Shown: positions 25,701-39,208, counted from the stretch's first letter. The stretch: DNA of 64,000 nucleotides from Octopus vulgaris (GCA_951406725.2 OX597822.1:45818001-45882000); one strand, 5' to 3'. A program made the numbers and translations. Notes: generated by a model not told the origin, from the sequence alone.

Positions 25701-26360
25701 TACAATTTTTAGCACCTTCAGTTGCTGTAGAGAAGAACTTTAATTAAAGTACATTTTTGAATTAAAAAGAAAAAAAAAGTATTACTGGGTGGCAATAGAC
25801 AACTTGGTTTATTAAATTGGTTAATTAAATTTTGTTAATTTAGTAATGGAGGAGAAAGTCTGCTAAGTCAAAAAGTATTTTCTTGCATTAAATTTATTTG
25901 AAGATGGATGGAGATAAATTTTAAGGTTTTCTCTACAATTAATCAATTTCTTGACCTAGGAATGAAATCACAAATTTCAAAGGAAGGGTCATGGTTGGTT
26001 GGTTTAGTCTATTAAATCCACTCTATAACTAGACTGGTGCTTTATTGATATTGGGAAGGATTAGAGGATAAGTCCACCCTGGTGGAATTTAAGCTAAATA
26101 AAATAAAAGAAAGGAATATAATGTAAATACTGCCACCTACCACCCAAAAGTAAAATAATTTCTTAACTTGGTATGAGATCGTAAGTTGAACTTTTGCATG
26201 AGAATATTTCTACTGAAATGCAGTTCTCATAAATTTCTATTAATTTTGAAAACAAGCAAGTATTTACATTCAGGAAAAAAAAAAGACTGATTTTTGCTTT
26301 TATTTCTATATTAACCCAATATTTGTGGCATAATTTTATACAAAGAAATAAAAAAAGATT

Positions 26361-26366
26361 TTTATT
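26361..26366 (-). promoter_or_regulatory. Candidate AATAAA polyadenylation signal of the AKR gene
   Basis: tttatt on + about 140 nt downstream of the AKR stop. The background is AT-rich, so this is weak. Confidence 0.3.
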
Positions 26367-26502
26367 ATGGAAGGTCTTAATTTAAAAAATAAACAATTCA
26401 CAGTTACATCATAGAACCAAGGTTGGTTGAAAGAGTTCAGCAATTTTTCCACAGGTGAGATAGTCACAATAAATGCAATGTGCAACAACACGGAGCTCTT
26501 GT

Positions 26503-26598
26503 TTACTCACAACGGTCAGGTGTTACCCACGCATCAAGAGTTTTGCCAAGAGCTTGCTTCAGATCATCAGTAGCTTCAGTCATCTTCTTCAAAACATC
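26503..26598 (-). CDS. Aldo-keto reductase exon 8 (stop codon)
   Basis: CAG|GAT. Encodes DVLKKMTEATDDLKQALGKTLDAWVTPDRCE then TAA. The assembled protein is 336 aa, a normal AKR length. Confidence 0.88.
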   Translation of the reverse strand, partial: DVLKKMTEATDDLKQALGKTLDAWVTPDRCE

Positions 26599-27729
26599 CT
26601 GTAATGGCACAGAAATGTAACAAACTTAACACTTAAAAAGAAAAATAATCATCATAACAATTTACTCTTTTACTTGTTTCAGTCATTTGACTGCGGCCAT
26701 GCTGGAGCACCAACTTTAGTCGAGCAAATCAAACCCAGGACTTATTCTTTGTAAGCCTAGTATTTATTCTATCAGTCTCTTTTGCCGAACTGCTAATTTA
26801 CAGGAATGTAAACACACCACTATCAGTTGTCAAGCAATGTTTGGGGGACAAACATATACACACACATATATCATGTGATCACATGACTGACCAGGTTATC
26901 AGATGTTGCTACACATCGCTGGTCACAATGCGCTTCACATTGTTTTAGCCTTCAAATAACACCTACACGCTGGCTAAGCGAGCAGGCCAACAGAAGAAAG
27001 AGTGAGAGAAAGTTGTGGTGAAAGAATACAGCAGGGATCGCCGCCACACCCTGCCGGAGCCTTGTAGAGCTTTGTGTTTTTGCTCAATAAACACTCACAA
27101 TGCCCAGTCTGGGAATCAAAACCGCGAGTCCGCTGCCCTAACCACTGGACCATTATGCCTCCACACACATACATTATATATATATACGACGAGCTTCCAA
27201 ATCCACTTACAAGGCTTAGGTGCTCAAGGCTATAGTAGTAGACACTTGCCCAAGGTGCTACGCAGTAGGACTGAACCCAGAACCATGTGGTTGGTTAGCA
27301 AGCTTGGATGGTTCAGCAGGAGCTGGTAAGCCACAGTGTAAATTGGGACATAGAAGGGCTACCAACTACTTCTTAGAGTGTGCTGGGTGCATTTTGTGTG
27401 GCACTGGACCCAGTGAGGTCACCAAGAAACTTCTAAGACAAGACTGCCTCCGCTCTCACCTTAGGTGGAATGTAGAATACCATGTTATGAGTGGGAGACA
27501 GGAACAAGTGTCTTGCAGTATGGAACATATACACGTATATGCAGGTTTATTCTTCAACAAGGATATTGTTGGCAGTCTGACAATGGCTTAATTGGCCAAA
27601 ACTTCAAAGTCACTGTCAGCAATATTCTTGTTTAAGAATAAATTTGTCCTTTACAAAAGTATAGGGTAACCCCTCAGATTCGTGTAAATTTGTTTTTATT
27701 ATGACAAAGCATAAAAATAAACATTAACA

Positions 27730-27928
27730 CAAGGGGGTGCTGAAAAGTTCTTGGCTTTGGGTAAAAGAAAATACAGGAGAATCAGTTAATTATGATTGTA
27801 TTCAACATATTCCCCACTCAGATTCCACATTCATTGCAGCAATCCTTCAATTTTTCTAAGCCCTGTAAAAACTTGGAAAGTTGGGCCTTGTGATACCCTT
27901 AAAGCCAGGAACTTTTTCAGCACCCCTG
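27730..27928. mobile_element. Mariner-derived MITE
   Basis: TIR ggggtgctgaaaagttcttggcttt / aaagccaggaactttttcagcacccc. Confidence 0.7.
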
Positions 27929-28024
27929 CATATGTATAAACATACAACAAATGAAATAAATATATGGTAATCAGAGAGCGGCTGTATTAATGCCAATGCA
28001 GTATTTAGTTTTGTCCAGAGGCAT

Positions 28025-28405
28025 AGGAGTGGCTGAGTGGTAAGTAGCTTGCTTACAAACCACATGGTTCTGGGTTCAGTCCCACTGCATGGCAGCTTGG
28101 GCAAGTGTCTTCTACTATAGCCTCGGGTCGTTAAACGATGATGATGATGATGATATATATATGTATGTGTATGTATGTATGTGTGTGTGTGTATATGTTT
28201 GTGTGTCTGTGTTTGACCCCCCCCCCCAACATCACTTGACAACCGATGCTGGTGTGTTTACATCTCCATAACTTAGCAGTTTGGCAAAAGAGACCGATAG
28301 AATAAGTACTAGGCATGCAAAGAATAAGTCCTGGGGTCGATTTGCTTGACTAAAGGTGGTGCTCCAGCATGGCCACAGTTAAATGACTGAAAGAAGTAAA
28401 AGAGT
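28025..28405 (+). mobile_element. tRNA-derived SINE family A (most abundant); other copies include 1-311 (-), 31780-32105 (-), 32403-32790, 39445-39850 (-), 49195-49540, 58688-59040 and 60180-60515
   Basis: Head ggagtggctgtgtggtaag...ggttcagtcccactgc (A/B boxes), core ccttgggcaagtgtcttctactatagcc, an internal (TA)/(TG) tract, and tail ccagcatggccgcagtcaaatgactgaaacaagtaaaagagta. Confidence 0.85.
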
Positions 28406-29169
28406 AATCTTATCCTCTCGTCATCGTGCTTTCTTCTCACTTTTCTATGCTTGTACAGGTTAGATGAAATGCATTGAGGCAGATTTTCTACAGCCAGCCG
28501 CTCTTGTTGTCAACATGCATGTTTTCAAGCAAGGTAATATTTCCTCACAGCACAAGGGCTAAATGTGTTTTACAGAAGGTTGCAAACAATGTTAAAAGTA
28601 CATGTCTGTGGAGTGTTCAGCCACTTGCAAGTTATTTTCAAGAGCAAGCTGTTCCATTAATCAGATCAACTGGAACCCTCATCATCAAAAGTGACAGAGT
28701 GTAAATTACATGAGTGTGTGTCTCTTCATGATGGCATTGCACAATGGTGTCACTGTCATAGAAGCAGTGTCATTAATTTCCAACTGTCCATGAAAGCACC
28801 ATGGAAAAATATTACCTTGCTTGGAAACAAAGGTTGATGATGGGAAAGGCAGACATTTGACCACAGAAAATCTGCTTCAACAAATCATCTGATCCATGCA
28901 AGTAAAGAAAAGCAGCAGTACTATCCCAGATCTATGAGCAATACTCAACACTCTAGTGGAAGTCTTACTTGAGTTCTGTAGAGAAAAAGTAGAGCGGGAT
29001 TATTTTCTGGTCCTGAAGAGAAGGCTGGTTTTTGGGATAAAAAAATATTTAAGTTCGCTCAACATGAGAGATCAGAAAAAATTAAAACTCCATTAGAGTA
29101 TCTCAGAATTAATTAGCTATTAACTGCCTACAATTAATCAGCTTTAATTATCTAATGATTAACTGTACC

Positions 29170-29712
29170 CAATTATACAGTTTTAATTAGCAATTGATTG
29201 ACTGTACAGTTTTACTGTTTATCCTTTATCTTTCACTTGTTTCAGTCATTAGACTGTGGCCAAGCTGGAACACTGTCTTGAAGAAATTTTTAGTTAAACG
29301 AATCAACCCCAGTACTTATGTTTTTTAAGCTTGGTACTCATTCTATTAGTGTCTTTTGCCGAACTGCTAAGTTACAAGAACATAAACACAACACCAGTTG
29401 CCAAGAGGTGGTAGCAGACAGACACACAGTTTTATATATATATTACTAGCTGACCACGTGCCATTGATAATGACAGCTAATTATAGTATTTTATATATAA
29501 ATAAGGTACAAAATAAGGCACATAATAACCACACATACAAACATTCACATACTTCCCTTGTACATGCACACACATACACTAACACAAAATTGAAATGTTG
29601 ATTTTTTCACCCTTTCCTTTCTCCCACTCCCTCTTAGTCAAGGCTATTACTCTCACTACTTCACCTTCACTGAATTACTAGTTTCTGTCCTCTGCATCCA
29701 GCATGATTCTGG

Positions 29713-29717
<5 letters not shown>
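29170..29717. repeat. Left arm of a local ~550-bp inverted duplication (partner at 35605-36144)
   Basis: Reverse-complement match that includes non-SINE flanks (caattatacagttttaattagcaattgat...; ctctgcatccagcatgattctg) and the same SINE variant. Confidence 0.85.
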
Positions 29718-29755
<38 letters not shown>

Positions 29756-29762
29756 CATACAT

Positions 29763-29795
<33 letters not shown>

Positions 29796-30112
29796 AATAT
29801 ATAAAAACACTACGCTCATTATTATATTAGGAGATATATATATATAAATGATATATATGTTCAATGGGCTTCTTTCAGTTTCTGTAGACCAAATCCACTC
29901 ACAAGGATTTGGTTGCACAGTGGGACTGAACCTGGAACCATATGGTTAAAAACGAAACTTACCTTAATCATGCCTACACTTAATTATACAGCTTTAATTA
30001 GCTGTTGATTAATTGTACAGAATTATACACACACCATTGCAGAACACACTCATCTGATTCTGCCTTTCAGAGAAAAAGAAAAGAAAAGACCACCAATAAA
30101 GAAAGTACGTAC

Positions 30113-30274
30113 CTGGGACAATTTCACAATATTAACATTCTGTTCAATTTGTTCTGGGTTACGAGCCCCAACGATGATAGACCGGACGTTCTGCTGTTGC
30201 AGTAACCACGACAGACTGGCCACAGACATATTGATGTCAGCTTCTGTACAGATTTCTTTCAACTTCCCAAGTGT
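30113..30274 (-). CDS. Aldo-keto reductase exon 7
   Basis: TAG|ACA...CAG|GTAC, 162 nt. Encodes TLGKLKEIC...SLSWLLQQQNVRSIIVGARNPEQIEQNVNIVKLSQ (I.GAR..EQ...N motif). Confidence 0.93.
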
Positions 30275-32919
30275 CTACAAAGAGAAAATAGGATAAAGTC
30301 AGATTTATTTCCACATGATTTCACTCTTTCAAATTGTGACCTGACCTACCTATCCACTCATCCAATCCTCCTCTGTTCAATTCCATATGACGCCCTGACA
30401 CCTTTTCACCAATGTCTTCTCTCCTTTAATACTTCACTCCTACTCAGTTGAGGAGGTTTGTCTTGCAAGTGACTGGTGCTGGTATAACATGAAATGCACT
30501 CAGTATATTCTGTGAAGTGGTTGGCGTTGGGAAGGGCGTCCAGGTGCAGAAACCATACCAAAGTAGACATATTAAAACTTGGCACAATCCTTTCGTTCAT
30601 CAGCACCTCTTAAAATGCCCAACCCATGGAAAACAAACATTAAACAATGATGATGATACTGCAAAGACAATAGCAAAATCAATCTATATTATTAAGGTAT
30701 TAATCGGATTTAATGGGGACTCACAGAGGCAAAGTGGCTGAGTTCCTTTCAAGCATTGGGCCTCACAGAGGTAAAAACCAAAACCTCTGGCATTATGTTG
30801 TGCTTGTGAAGAAAACCCATCAAGCCTAGCAAAATCGCAGTTGTGACAGATACTGGTGTCACGCAAATGACACCCATGCCTGTGGCACATAAAAGTACCC
30901 ATTACACTCTCAGAGTGGTTGGCATTAGGAAGGGAATCCAACCATAGAAAACCATGCCAAATCAGATTGGAGTCTAGTGCAGCCTTCCAGCTTACCAACC
31001 CTAGTCAAACCATCCAACCCATGCCAGCATAGACAACAGATGTTAAAAGATGATGTGTGGGGTGTAAGGATGGAAGTAGCACAGAGAAGAAGGCAAGATA
31101 CCAGGAGTTGGTAGAGAACTTTTGAAAGAAAATATGGAAAATCAGATTTTAGTCAACAGAGGTATGTAACTAAAGATTCACTTGTTATTCATTCAGTAGG
31201 GCCTAAGGAGCTCTAGGCAATGCAGAGAGAGATTGTCGAGAAAGCATCTAGTTGGCTCTGGTTAAAAAAGAGATGGCCCAAAACACTCAGTGACTCCATG
31301 AGACAACACAAGCAATCATATTTAAGAAATTCTTTATGTAGTTACTTGGCCTGCTAGAAACAATAGCCAAATATCTCATTGTTTCAAAAAGAGGAAAGGC
31401 ACATTCAACATTAAGATGAGACAGTCATCTTTGAATGCAAACCTGCTCAATCAGCTTAGACCCAGGGCTAAACAACAACGTTCAACATGTGTAGACACCA
31501 AAACACTCATTGATGGGAATAAATCCATTGTTGGTTCCTTGACAAGAGATTGAGAGACTTGGCATTTGATAACATCTCAGAGGGTTTCTTATTGTCCATA
31601 CCCACCTCTCCTGGACCTATTAATCGATGTTTAAACCCAAATAGACACACAGGTACGAGACGTTTTGACACCGTCATATTGGTGTTGCTGATTCAATGCT
31701 GACCGATTTCAATTCAGATGTTTTAAGCTTTCTCTTTCTCTCTCTTATATATATTCTTTATTCTTCTATTTGTTTCCGCCCTAAAGAGTTTTAGTTGAAC
31801 AAATCAACCCCAAGACTTATTTATTTTTAAGCCTTGCATTTATTCTATCGGTCTCTTTTGCCAAACTGCTACGTCACAGGGATGTAAACACACCAACACC
31901 AGTTGTCAAGTGGTGATGTGAGGACAAACACAGACACAAAGACACATACATACAGATATCTACAACAGGCTTCTTTCAGTTTCCATTTACCAAATCCACT
32001 CACATGGCTTTGGTTGACCCAAGGGTATAGAAGACAGTGCCACGCGGTGGAACTGAACCTAGGACCATGCGACTAGGAAGCAAGCTTCTTACCACACAGC
32101 CATGCCTAAATATATCTATATCTACGTTTCTGTATTATACTAAAACTCAAAGTTTGTTTTCCAGACATTTCATTAATGATGATAAAGATTACAAATAAAA
32201 TAGTCATTTCCCCCTTTAAGAAAAAAAAAATCAATATGAAAATACTGACACTTCAAAGAGTCCTGTTAGCTACCGCTGCCCACCCTTTTTTGTTACTTTA
32301 TTTTTTCTTTGTGAGTGCCATAGATTTGAAAGATAGAAATTCTTTCAATATTTATACAAGATATTTTCGAATAACTGGTACTAGATATTTTTTTTTCTTA
32401 AAGTAGCTTGCTTACAAACCACATGGTTCTGGGTTCAGTCCCACTGCATGGTACCTTGGGCAAGTGTCTTCTACTATAGCCTCGAGCTGACCAAAGCCTT
32501 GTGAGTGGATTTGGTAGACAGAAGCTGAAAGAAGCCCGTCATATATATGTATATATATGTATGTGTGTGTGTGTATATAAGTTTGTGTGTCTGTGTTTGT
32601 CCCCACAACATCGCTTGACAACTGATGGCGTGTTTGCATCCCAGTAACTTATGGTTCGACAAAAGTGACCGATAGAATAAGTACTAGGCTTACAATAAGT
32701 ACTAGGCTTACAAAGATTTGCTCAACTAAAGGCGGTGCTGCAGCATGGCCACAGTCAAATGACTGAAACAAGTAAAAGAGTAAAAAGAGTAAAAGGGAAA
32801 ATTACTATTTTATTTAAGATAAAATATTAATCTTTACCATCTTAATCAAAAGACAGACAGACTACCTCTTTATAGACAAAGATCAGTTGCAATGGAGGAG
32901 TTGAATCTCATAAGAATGG

Positions 32920-33470
32920 AAAAAGAAACAACAAATGGGTTGTGCCTTATAATGAGACTCTTTTAAGAGCATTCAAATGCCACTGCAATGTTGAAATCGT
33001 TGCTTCAGTGAGGTCAATTAAGTACATCAAGTACACACTGAAAGAAAATGTCAAAGCTGTTATGATAGCAAAATCAGTCAATATCTAATGGGTTGGTATA
33101 TTGGACCATCCGAAGCAGTTGCAACCATTTTAGGATTTTCAGTTCAGGAAAGAACACCTGCAATAGTGAGACTGCAAGTTCATCTACCAGATGAACAAAG
33201 ATGGTTGTCAATGAGCAACATATGAGAACAACACTGACAGAATTCTTTTCACTGTGTATCAATAATGATTTTGTGAAAACATTATTTTATGCTGAAATAT
33301 CCATGTATTTCACTTGGAACAGTAGTAACAAAGAATAGCAAAGAAGAAAGCCAGGGAAAAAGTTGAAGGCCATTTGAACATTTTCAAAGAAGAAACACTA
33401 GGTTGTGTTTATGTTGTCACACCAAGGACAGAAGAACTGTATTATTTAAGAATTTTATTGCATGAAGTTG
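32920..33470 (+). mobile_element. Helitron Rep/helicase gene remnant
   Basis: Translates in pieces to NKWVVPYNETLLRAFKCHCNVEIVASVRSIKYI, RTTLTEFF and LGCVYVVTPRTEELYYLRILLHEV, which are Helitron RepHel motifs. Contains stops and deletions. Confidence 0.8.
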
Positions 33471-33689
33471 AAAATAGCATTTTTGCTTTTCCCATTGCGC
33501 ATCAACATTTTCAACTTGGGGTTGTTGTGACCCAACAGGTCAAAGCAAGTACGTCTAGTATATAGATGTGTTTGTGTGTGTGTGTGTAAATATATTTCTC
33601 TATATCAAAGGAGGTAGAAACTCCATAAGATGTACCCAGTGTAAGCTATGGGGACACAAGAGGTACAGCAATATCAAAGGAAGGCTAAC

Positions 33690-34956
33690 TGGGAAGATAG
33701 TTTTTGTGTGGCAAATGCTCAGGAGCAATAAACACTGAAAATATGCAGAAAACAGCTTGCATCACATTCCAGGGAGAAAAACTAGAAGTAGTTGATAGCT
33801 TCCGTTACCTAGGTGACCAAGTTAGTAGCTGGGGTGGATGCTCTGAAAGTATAGTTGCTAGAATAAGAATAGCCAGAGCAAAGTTCAGAGAGCTCCTACC
33901 TTTACTGGTGACAAAGAGTCTCTCGTTCAGAGTAAAAAGGGAGACTGTATGATGCATGTGTACGAACAGCTATGCCACATGGCAGTGAAACAAGGGCCGT
34001 GACTGCTGAGGACATGCGTAAGCTCGCAAGGAATGAAGTCAGTATGCTCAGATGGATGTGTAATGTCAGTGTGCATACTCAGCAGAGTGTAAGTACCTTG
34101 AGGGAAAAGTTGGATCTAAGAAGCATCAGATGTGGTGTGCAAGAGAGCAACTGCACTGATATGGTCATATGTTGCGGATGGATGAGGACAGTTGTGTGAA
34201 AAAGTGCCACACCCAAGAAGTGGAGGGAACCAGTGGAAGGGGTAGACCCAGGAAGACGTGGAATGAGGTGGTGAAACATGACCTTTGAACAAGTGACCAA
34301 GACCTTTGGAGATATGCTGTGCTTGAGAAGACTCGGCAAGCCAAGTGAGACCATAACCATGACCTATGCCAGTGCAACATAACCAGACCATTTAAGAGTA
34401 CCCTTCAATCATTGGGCAATAAACTGTGCTTGTGAAAACCTGTGGAGTCAAGTGAAATCGTTGTCATGGCCAATGATAGTACCGCCTGATTGGCACCTGT
34501 GCCAGTGACACGTTAAAAATACCATTTGAACATGATCATTGCCAGTGTCACCTGACTGGCTCCCGTGCCGGTGGAATGTAAAAAACACCATGCAAGCATG
34601 ATCAATGCCAGTGCTGGCTGACTGGTCCCTTGCTGGTGGCATGTAAAAAGCACCATTCAAGCATGGTCATTACCAGTGCCGCCTGACTGGCTCCCATACT
34701 GGTCGCACATAAAAAGCACTATTCAAGCGTGGTCAATGCCAGTACCACCCGACTAGCCCTCGTGCCAGTGGTAAGTAAAAAGCACCCACTACACTCTGGG
34801 AGTGGTTGGCATTAAGGAGGGCATCTAATCTAGCTGTAGAAACTTTGCCAGATCAGATTGGAGCCTGATACAGCCTTCTGGCTTGCCAGCCCCCAGTCAA
34901 TCTGTCCAACCCATGCCAGCATGGAAAGTGGATATTAAATGATAATGATGATGATG
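33690..34956 (+). mobile_element. RTE-clade LINE 3' fragment with a ~60-bp tandemly repeated 3' UTR and (GAT)n tail
   Basis: GEKLEVVDSFRYLG, HGSET, MLRWMC, GRPRKTW. The tail ccaacccatgccagcatggaaag...aaatgatgatgat recurs as short 3' copies at many other sites in the window. Confidence 0.85.
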
Positions 34957-35246
34957 TATAAGGGGAGGGAAACTGTTCATGTCAACTGTGTTCAATTAAT
35001 AAATTGTAATGACTTTCTCTCTCTCTGTTTTTGTGTATATTTCTGCACACCCATACATGTGTGTGAGTGTGTGTTTGTCTGCCTCCAATGCCAAAAAAGT
35101 CCTGTCATCAAAACTGGTTGAACCTCCAATCAGCCATACCAGCTCATCTTAATCCATGGACATAGCTAGACCCACGACTAAATACCTACACACATGGACC
35201 CAAGTTGAGAACCACTGGTTAAAGTTTAAAATCTAAAAATACTTAC

Positions 35247-35298
35247 TTCAAATAGAAGTTTTTCGTGGCCATCCTGACCATGGCGAGACATTGTAGTA
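35247..35298 (-). CDS. Aldo-keto reductase exon 6 (52-nt small exon)
   Basis: CAG|T ACT ACA ATG TCT CGC CAT GGT CAG GAT GGC CAC GAA AAA CTT CTA TTT GAA|GTAAGT = (S)TTMSRHGQDGHEKLLFE. It exactly bridges phase 2 of exon 5 to phase 0 of exon 7. Confidence 0.88.
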
Positions 35299-35495
35299 CT
35301 GGAAAATAAAACATAAATGTAATAGCAAGATTATTATTATTATTTTTGTTACCTTTACTACATAGTCAAAACGACTCCAGCTATGTCCCTTCCATCCTTT
35401 ATTCAGATATTATATCTAGGACTACATAATCTGCTCTATATCTTTACAGGTTAGAAGCTTCTTTCTCAATCACATGGTCCTGTATGTATGTATGA

Positions 35496-35553
<58 letters not shown>

Positions 35554-35604
35554 CCTAATATAATAATGAGTATAGTGTTTTATATAATTGTATATATATA
35601 TATT

Positions 35605-36144
35605 TTTGTTCAGAATCACGCTGGATGCAGAGAAAGAAAGTGAAGGAGAAGTAGTGAGAGTAACAGACCTGACTGAGAGGGAGTGAGAGAAAAAAAGGGG
35701 TGATAGATGAATAAGGAAGGAAGGGGTGTAAAAAAAAATCAGCATTTCAACTGTGTGTATGTAAATGTTTGTATGTGTGATTATTATGTACCTTATTTAT
35801 ATATAAAATACTATAATTAGTCATCATTATCAATGACATGTGGTCAGTTAGTAGTATATATATATATATATATATATAACTGTGTGTCTGTCTGTCTGCT
35901 ACCACCTCTTGACAACTGGTGTTGTGTTTATGTTCTTGTAACTTAGCAGTTCGGCAAAAGAAACCAATGGAATGAGTACCAAGCTTAAAAAACATAAGTA
36001 CTGGAGTTGATTCCTTTAACTAAAAATTTCTTCAAGACAAGTGTTCCATCTTGGCCACAGTCTAATGACTGAAACAAGTGAAAGATAAAGGATTAACAGT
36101 AAAACTGTACAGTAAATCAATTGCTAATTAAAACTGTATAATTG
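35605..36144. repeat. Right arm of the local inverted duplication (partner at 29170-29717)
   Basis: cagaatcacgctggatgcagag ... atcaattgctaattaaaactgtataattg. Confidence 0.85.
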
Positions 36145-36626
36145 TCATCTGTATAAAAAATTGTCAAACTGTATAAAACTGTCAAATTGTCAAACTGTAT
36201 AAAAAGTCAAGGGATGACTATATATTTATTACATATTTTGCTTATTTGAATAACATTTGCTGACAACTTTATCATTATTTTTATAGATAATGATGACTTA
36301 TTTGAATTTTTAAAATAAAGATATATAGACACAGGTGAGCACTTAAGTGCAAAACAATGTGGTAAAAATAATACCTGAATACTGAAGGTAGAATAATATC
36401 TATTTATTAAAGCTGCAAAATTATCACAAGACTGTTGCTCAGAGTCTCATGTTCCAAACGAAACTGAATAAGTCTTGTGATAATTATGCAACTTTAGGAA
36501 GGCCTGTAGAAACTTCAGCATATCAGATTGGAATCTGGCACAGCTCCCCAGCTTTTAGTCAAACTGCCCAACCCATGCCAGTATGGAAAATGGGCGATAA
36601 ACAATGATGATGATGTAATTCTTCTA

Positions 36627-37913
36627 TCAGGTCATCCCGTAAGTTCTGTCCGAATTTTGAATAAAGAAAACAAGTGATCAAATGTTATATTTAATTGAAA
36701 TTTAATCATCAATGTACTTTCCTTGATTATCTATGACTTCCATCTATTTACAAGCTTTTTAATCCCATCAATGTAAAACTCCCTTGGTTTCAAAGCAAAG
36801 AACTCTGAAATGTCAGTTTCGATCTCCTCCTGGTTTGCGAAAGTTATGTCCCCCAAATGATTCTGTAAGCTACAAAACAAATGGTACTCTGAAGGAGCAA
36901 GATCAGGATAATAAGGTGGATGGGGAATTTTTTTCCCAACCAAGCTATTCAATCTTCTGTGATGTGATCTTTGCAGTGTGGGGTCACACATTGTCCTGAT
37001 GAAACATCACTCCTTTTTGATTCACTAAAACGGGTCTTTTTTTCTTCAAAGCTTGGTTCAAAGGCTCTAATTGCTGACAATAGACTTGAGCATTGATTGT
37101 TGCATTAGGTGGTAACAATTCAAAGTGAATTACTCCTTTGCAATCCCACCTAATAGAGAGAAGAGCCTTTTTCCCATGAAGTTCCCTTCTCAGTTGTGAT
37201 AGAAATTTTATACCCTTTTACCTAGCCACTGTTTACGACATTTAACATTTCAATAGAAGATCCATTTTGCGTCACCAGTCACAAGTATATCCAAAAAGGG
37301 TGAAATGAATTTGCGAGAATGGAGAGAAGAGCAGATGTCAACTCGGGATTTGTGGTTACTTTTGGACAATTCATGAGGCACCCATTTTCCAAGTTTAGGA
37401 ACCTTTCGAAATTGTTGAAGATGATGATGAACAGTTTTATGGTTTGAACTAAGCTTTATTGCCAATTCTTCAACTGATAATGAAGGATTTTCTTCAAGTA
37501 ATGCCTCAAAGAGCTTATCATCAAACTCAACTGGACGTCCTGTTCGATCTTCATCTTCAAGTCTGAAATCTCTACTTCTGAATTTTGCAAACCATCTTCT
37601 GCAAGTTCTTTCATTCAAGCATTCTTTCCCATAAACTGAGTGTATGTTTCGAGTCACTTCGGTTGAAGAGTTTCCTTTTTTGTACTCATAAAGCATTATG
37701 TGCCTTAAATGCTCTTTGGATATATCCATTTTAGAAAGGGTTTTAATCAAAGAAATTTTAATTCAATTATTCTGTGAAATAATATCTAATTAGTTTAAAT
37801 GTACACAAATGCATAAAAATAATTTTTAATTCCATTAGACATTCTAAAATACTATTAAATTTCATTCAATTTTAAAAAAGGTAAAATCGGACAGAACTTA
37901 TGGGATGACCTGA
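36627..37913 (-). mobile_element. Full-length (1287 bp) mariner transposon with an inactivated transposase
   Basis: TA|tcaggtcatcccgtaagttctgtccga ... tcggacagaacttatgggatgacctga|TA. Motifs WVPHEL, VTGDAKW, HQDNV*PH and YYPDLAPSEYHLF. Contains stops and frameshifts, and the third Asp is changed to Glu. Confidence 0.95.
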
Positions 37914-39029
37914 TATTTGTTTCAGTCATCAGACTGTGGCCATGCTGGGGCACCGCTCGAAGAATTTTACTTGAATGAATCAACCCCAGTACATATTTCA
38001 TTTTTAAGCTGGGTACTTATTCTGCGAATCTCTTTTGCTGAATTGCTAAGTTACAGGGAGATAAATACACCAACACCAGTTGTAAAACGGTGTGTGGGAG
38101 ACATGTATGTATGTATATATGTATGTGTGCGCGCGCGTGTGTGCGTGTGTAAAACAGAAAGAGACTGTGTATACCAGTGTAACAAATTGGTAGTATTTAC
38201 CAAGGGAAGATAACTCGTGAAAGAATAAGTGAACACAGCCCTCTGATATAAAATTAATATAACTATTACCAGTAAGTTTTAGGGGTCTTCACATCCATAG
38301 TTTAAATCCCACCAACTTTAACCTTGCCTGTTAGGGTCTGTAAATTACAGTAGCAGACGAAATGCCACACATGAATTGCCTTGATGTCACCCGACAATTA
38401 TAGACGATAATGTCCTTTGTTCCCAATCTTCCATGAAAACCTGTCTGAAGATGGGCAAATATTACATTATTTGGAAACAGGAGTAGGTTGGCAACAAGGG
38501 CATGAAGCCATTGAAAATTTGCCTCAGCAAATTCCACCTGACCCATGAAATGCGATAAGAAGCTTGCTTCCCAACTACATGGTTCCAGGTTCAGTCCCAT
38601 GGCATGGCAATGTGGGTAAGTGTCTTCTAGTATAGCCTAGTGGCTAACCAAAGCCCTGTGAGTGGATTTAGTATATGGAAACTGAATGAAGACTATCGTG
38701 TGTGTGTTTATTCTTCACCACCACATGACAACTGGTGTTGGTGTGTGTATTTATGTCTCTGTAACTTAACAGTTGAGCAAAATGAGACCGATAGAACAAG
38801 TAACAAGCTTTCAAGAAAATATAAGTTCTGGAGTCAATTCATTCAAATAAAACTTCTTCAAGGCAGTGCCCCAGCATGGCCACAGTCTAATGACCGAAAC
38901 AGGTAAAAAACAAAAGATGCAAGCAAGGAAAAGTAGGCACGAAAATGATAATGATGAATGAAAAGGAGTAAAAAAAAATAAAACAACTCAAAATTTAAGA
39001 GTTTTATGGTTTCAGTCACAAGTCCTTAC

Positions 39030-39208
39030 CTGGATTTAGAGAAGAGCTTGCCACGTCGTCGACCCTCAGGTAAACTGTCAGGGGTCAGGTATTTGCCAGA
39101 AAGAAGACCTTGCTGTAGAGGTGAGTAGGCCAAAATGGAAATGTTTTTCTCCATACAAATTGGTTTAACTTCGTGTTCGATTGAACGCCACAGTAAATTG
39201 TACCCTAT
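39030..39208 (-). CDS. Aldo-keto reductase exon 5
   Basis: CAG|ATA...AG|GTAAG. Encodes IGYNLLWRSIEHEVKPICMEKNISILAYSPLQQGLLSGKY...KLFSKS with the AYSPL..G.L.GK cofactor-binding motif. Confidence 0.93.

Noticed and set aside
30580-30610. Minus-strand CTGATGAacGAAA
   Set aside because: No stem II and no stem I pairing; a chance match.
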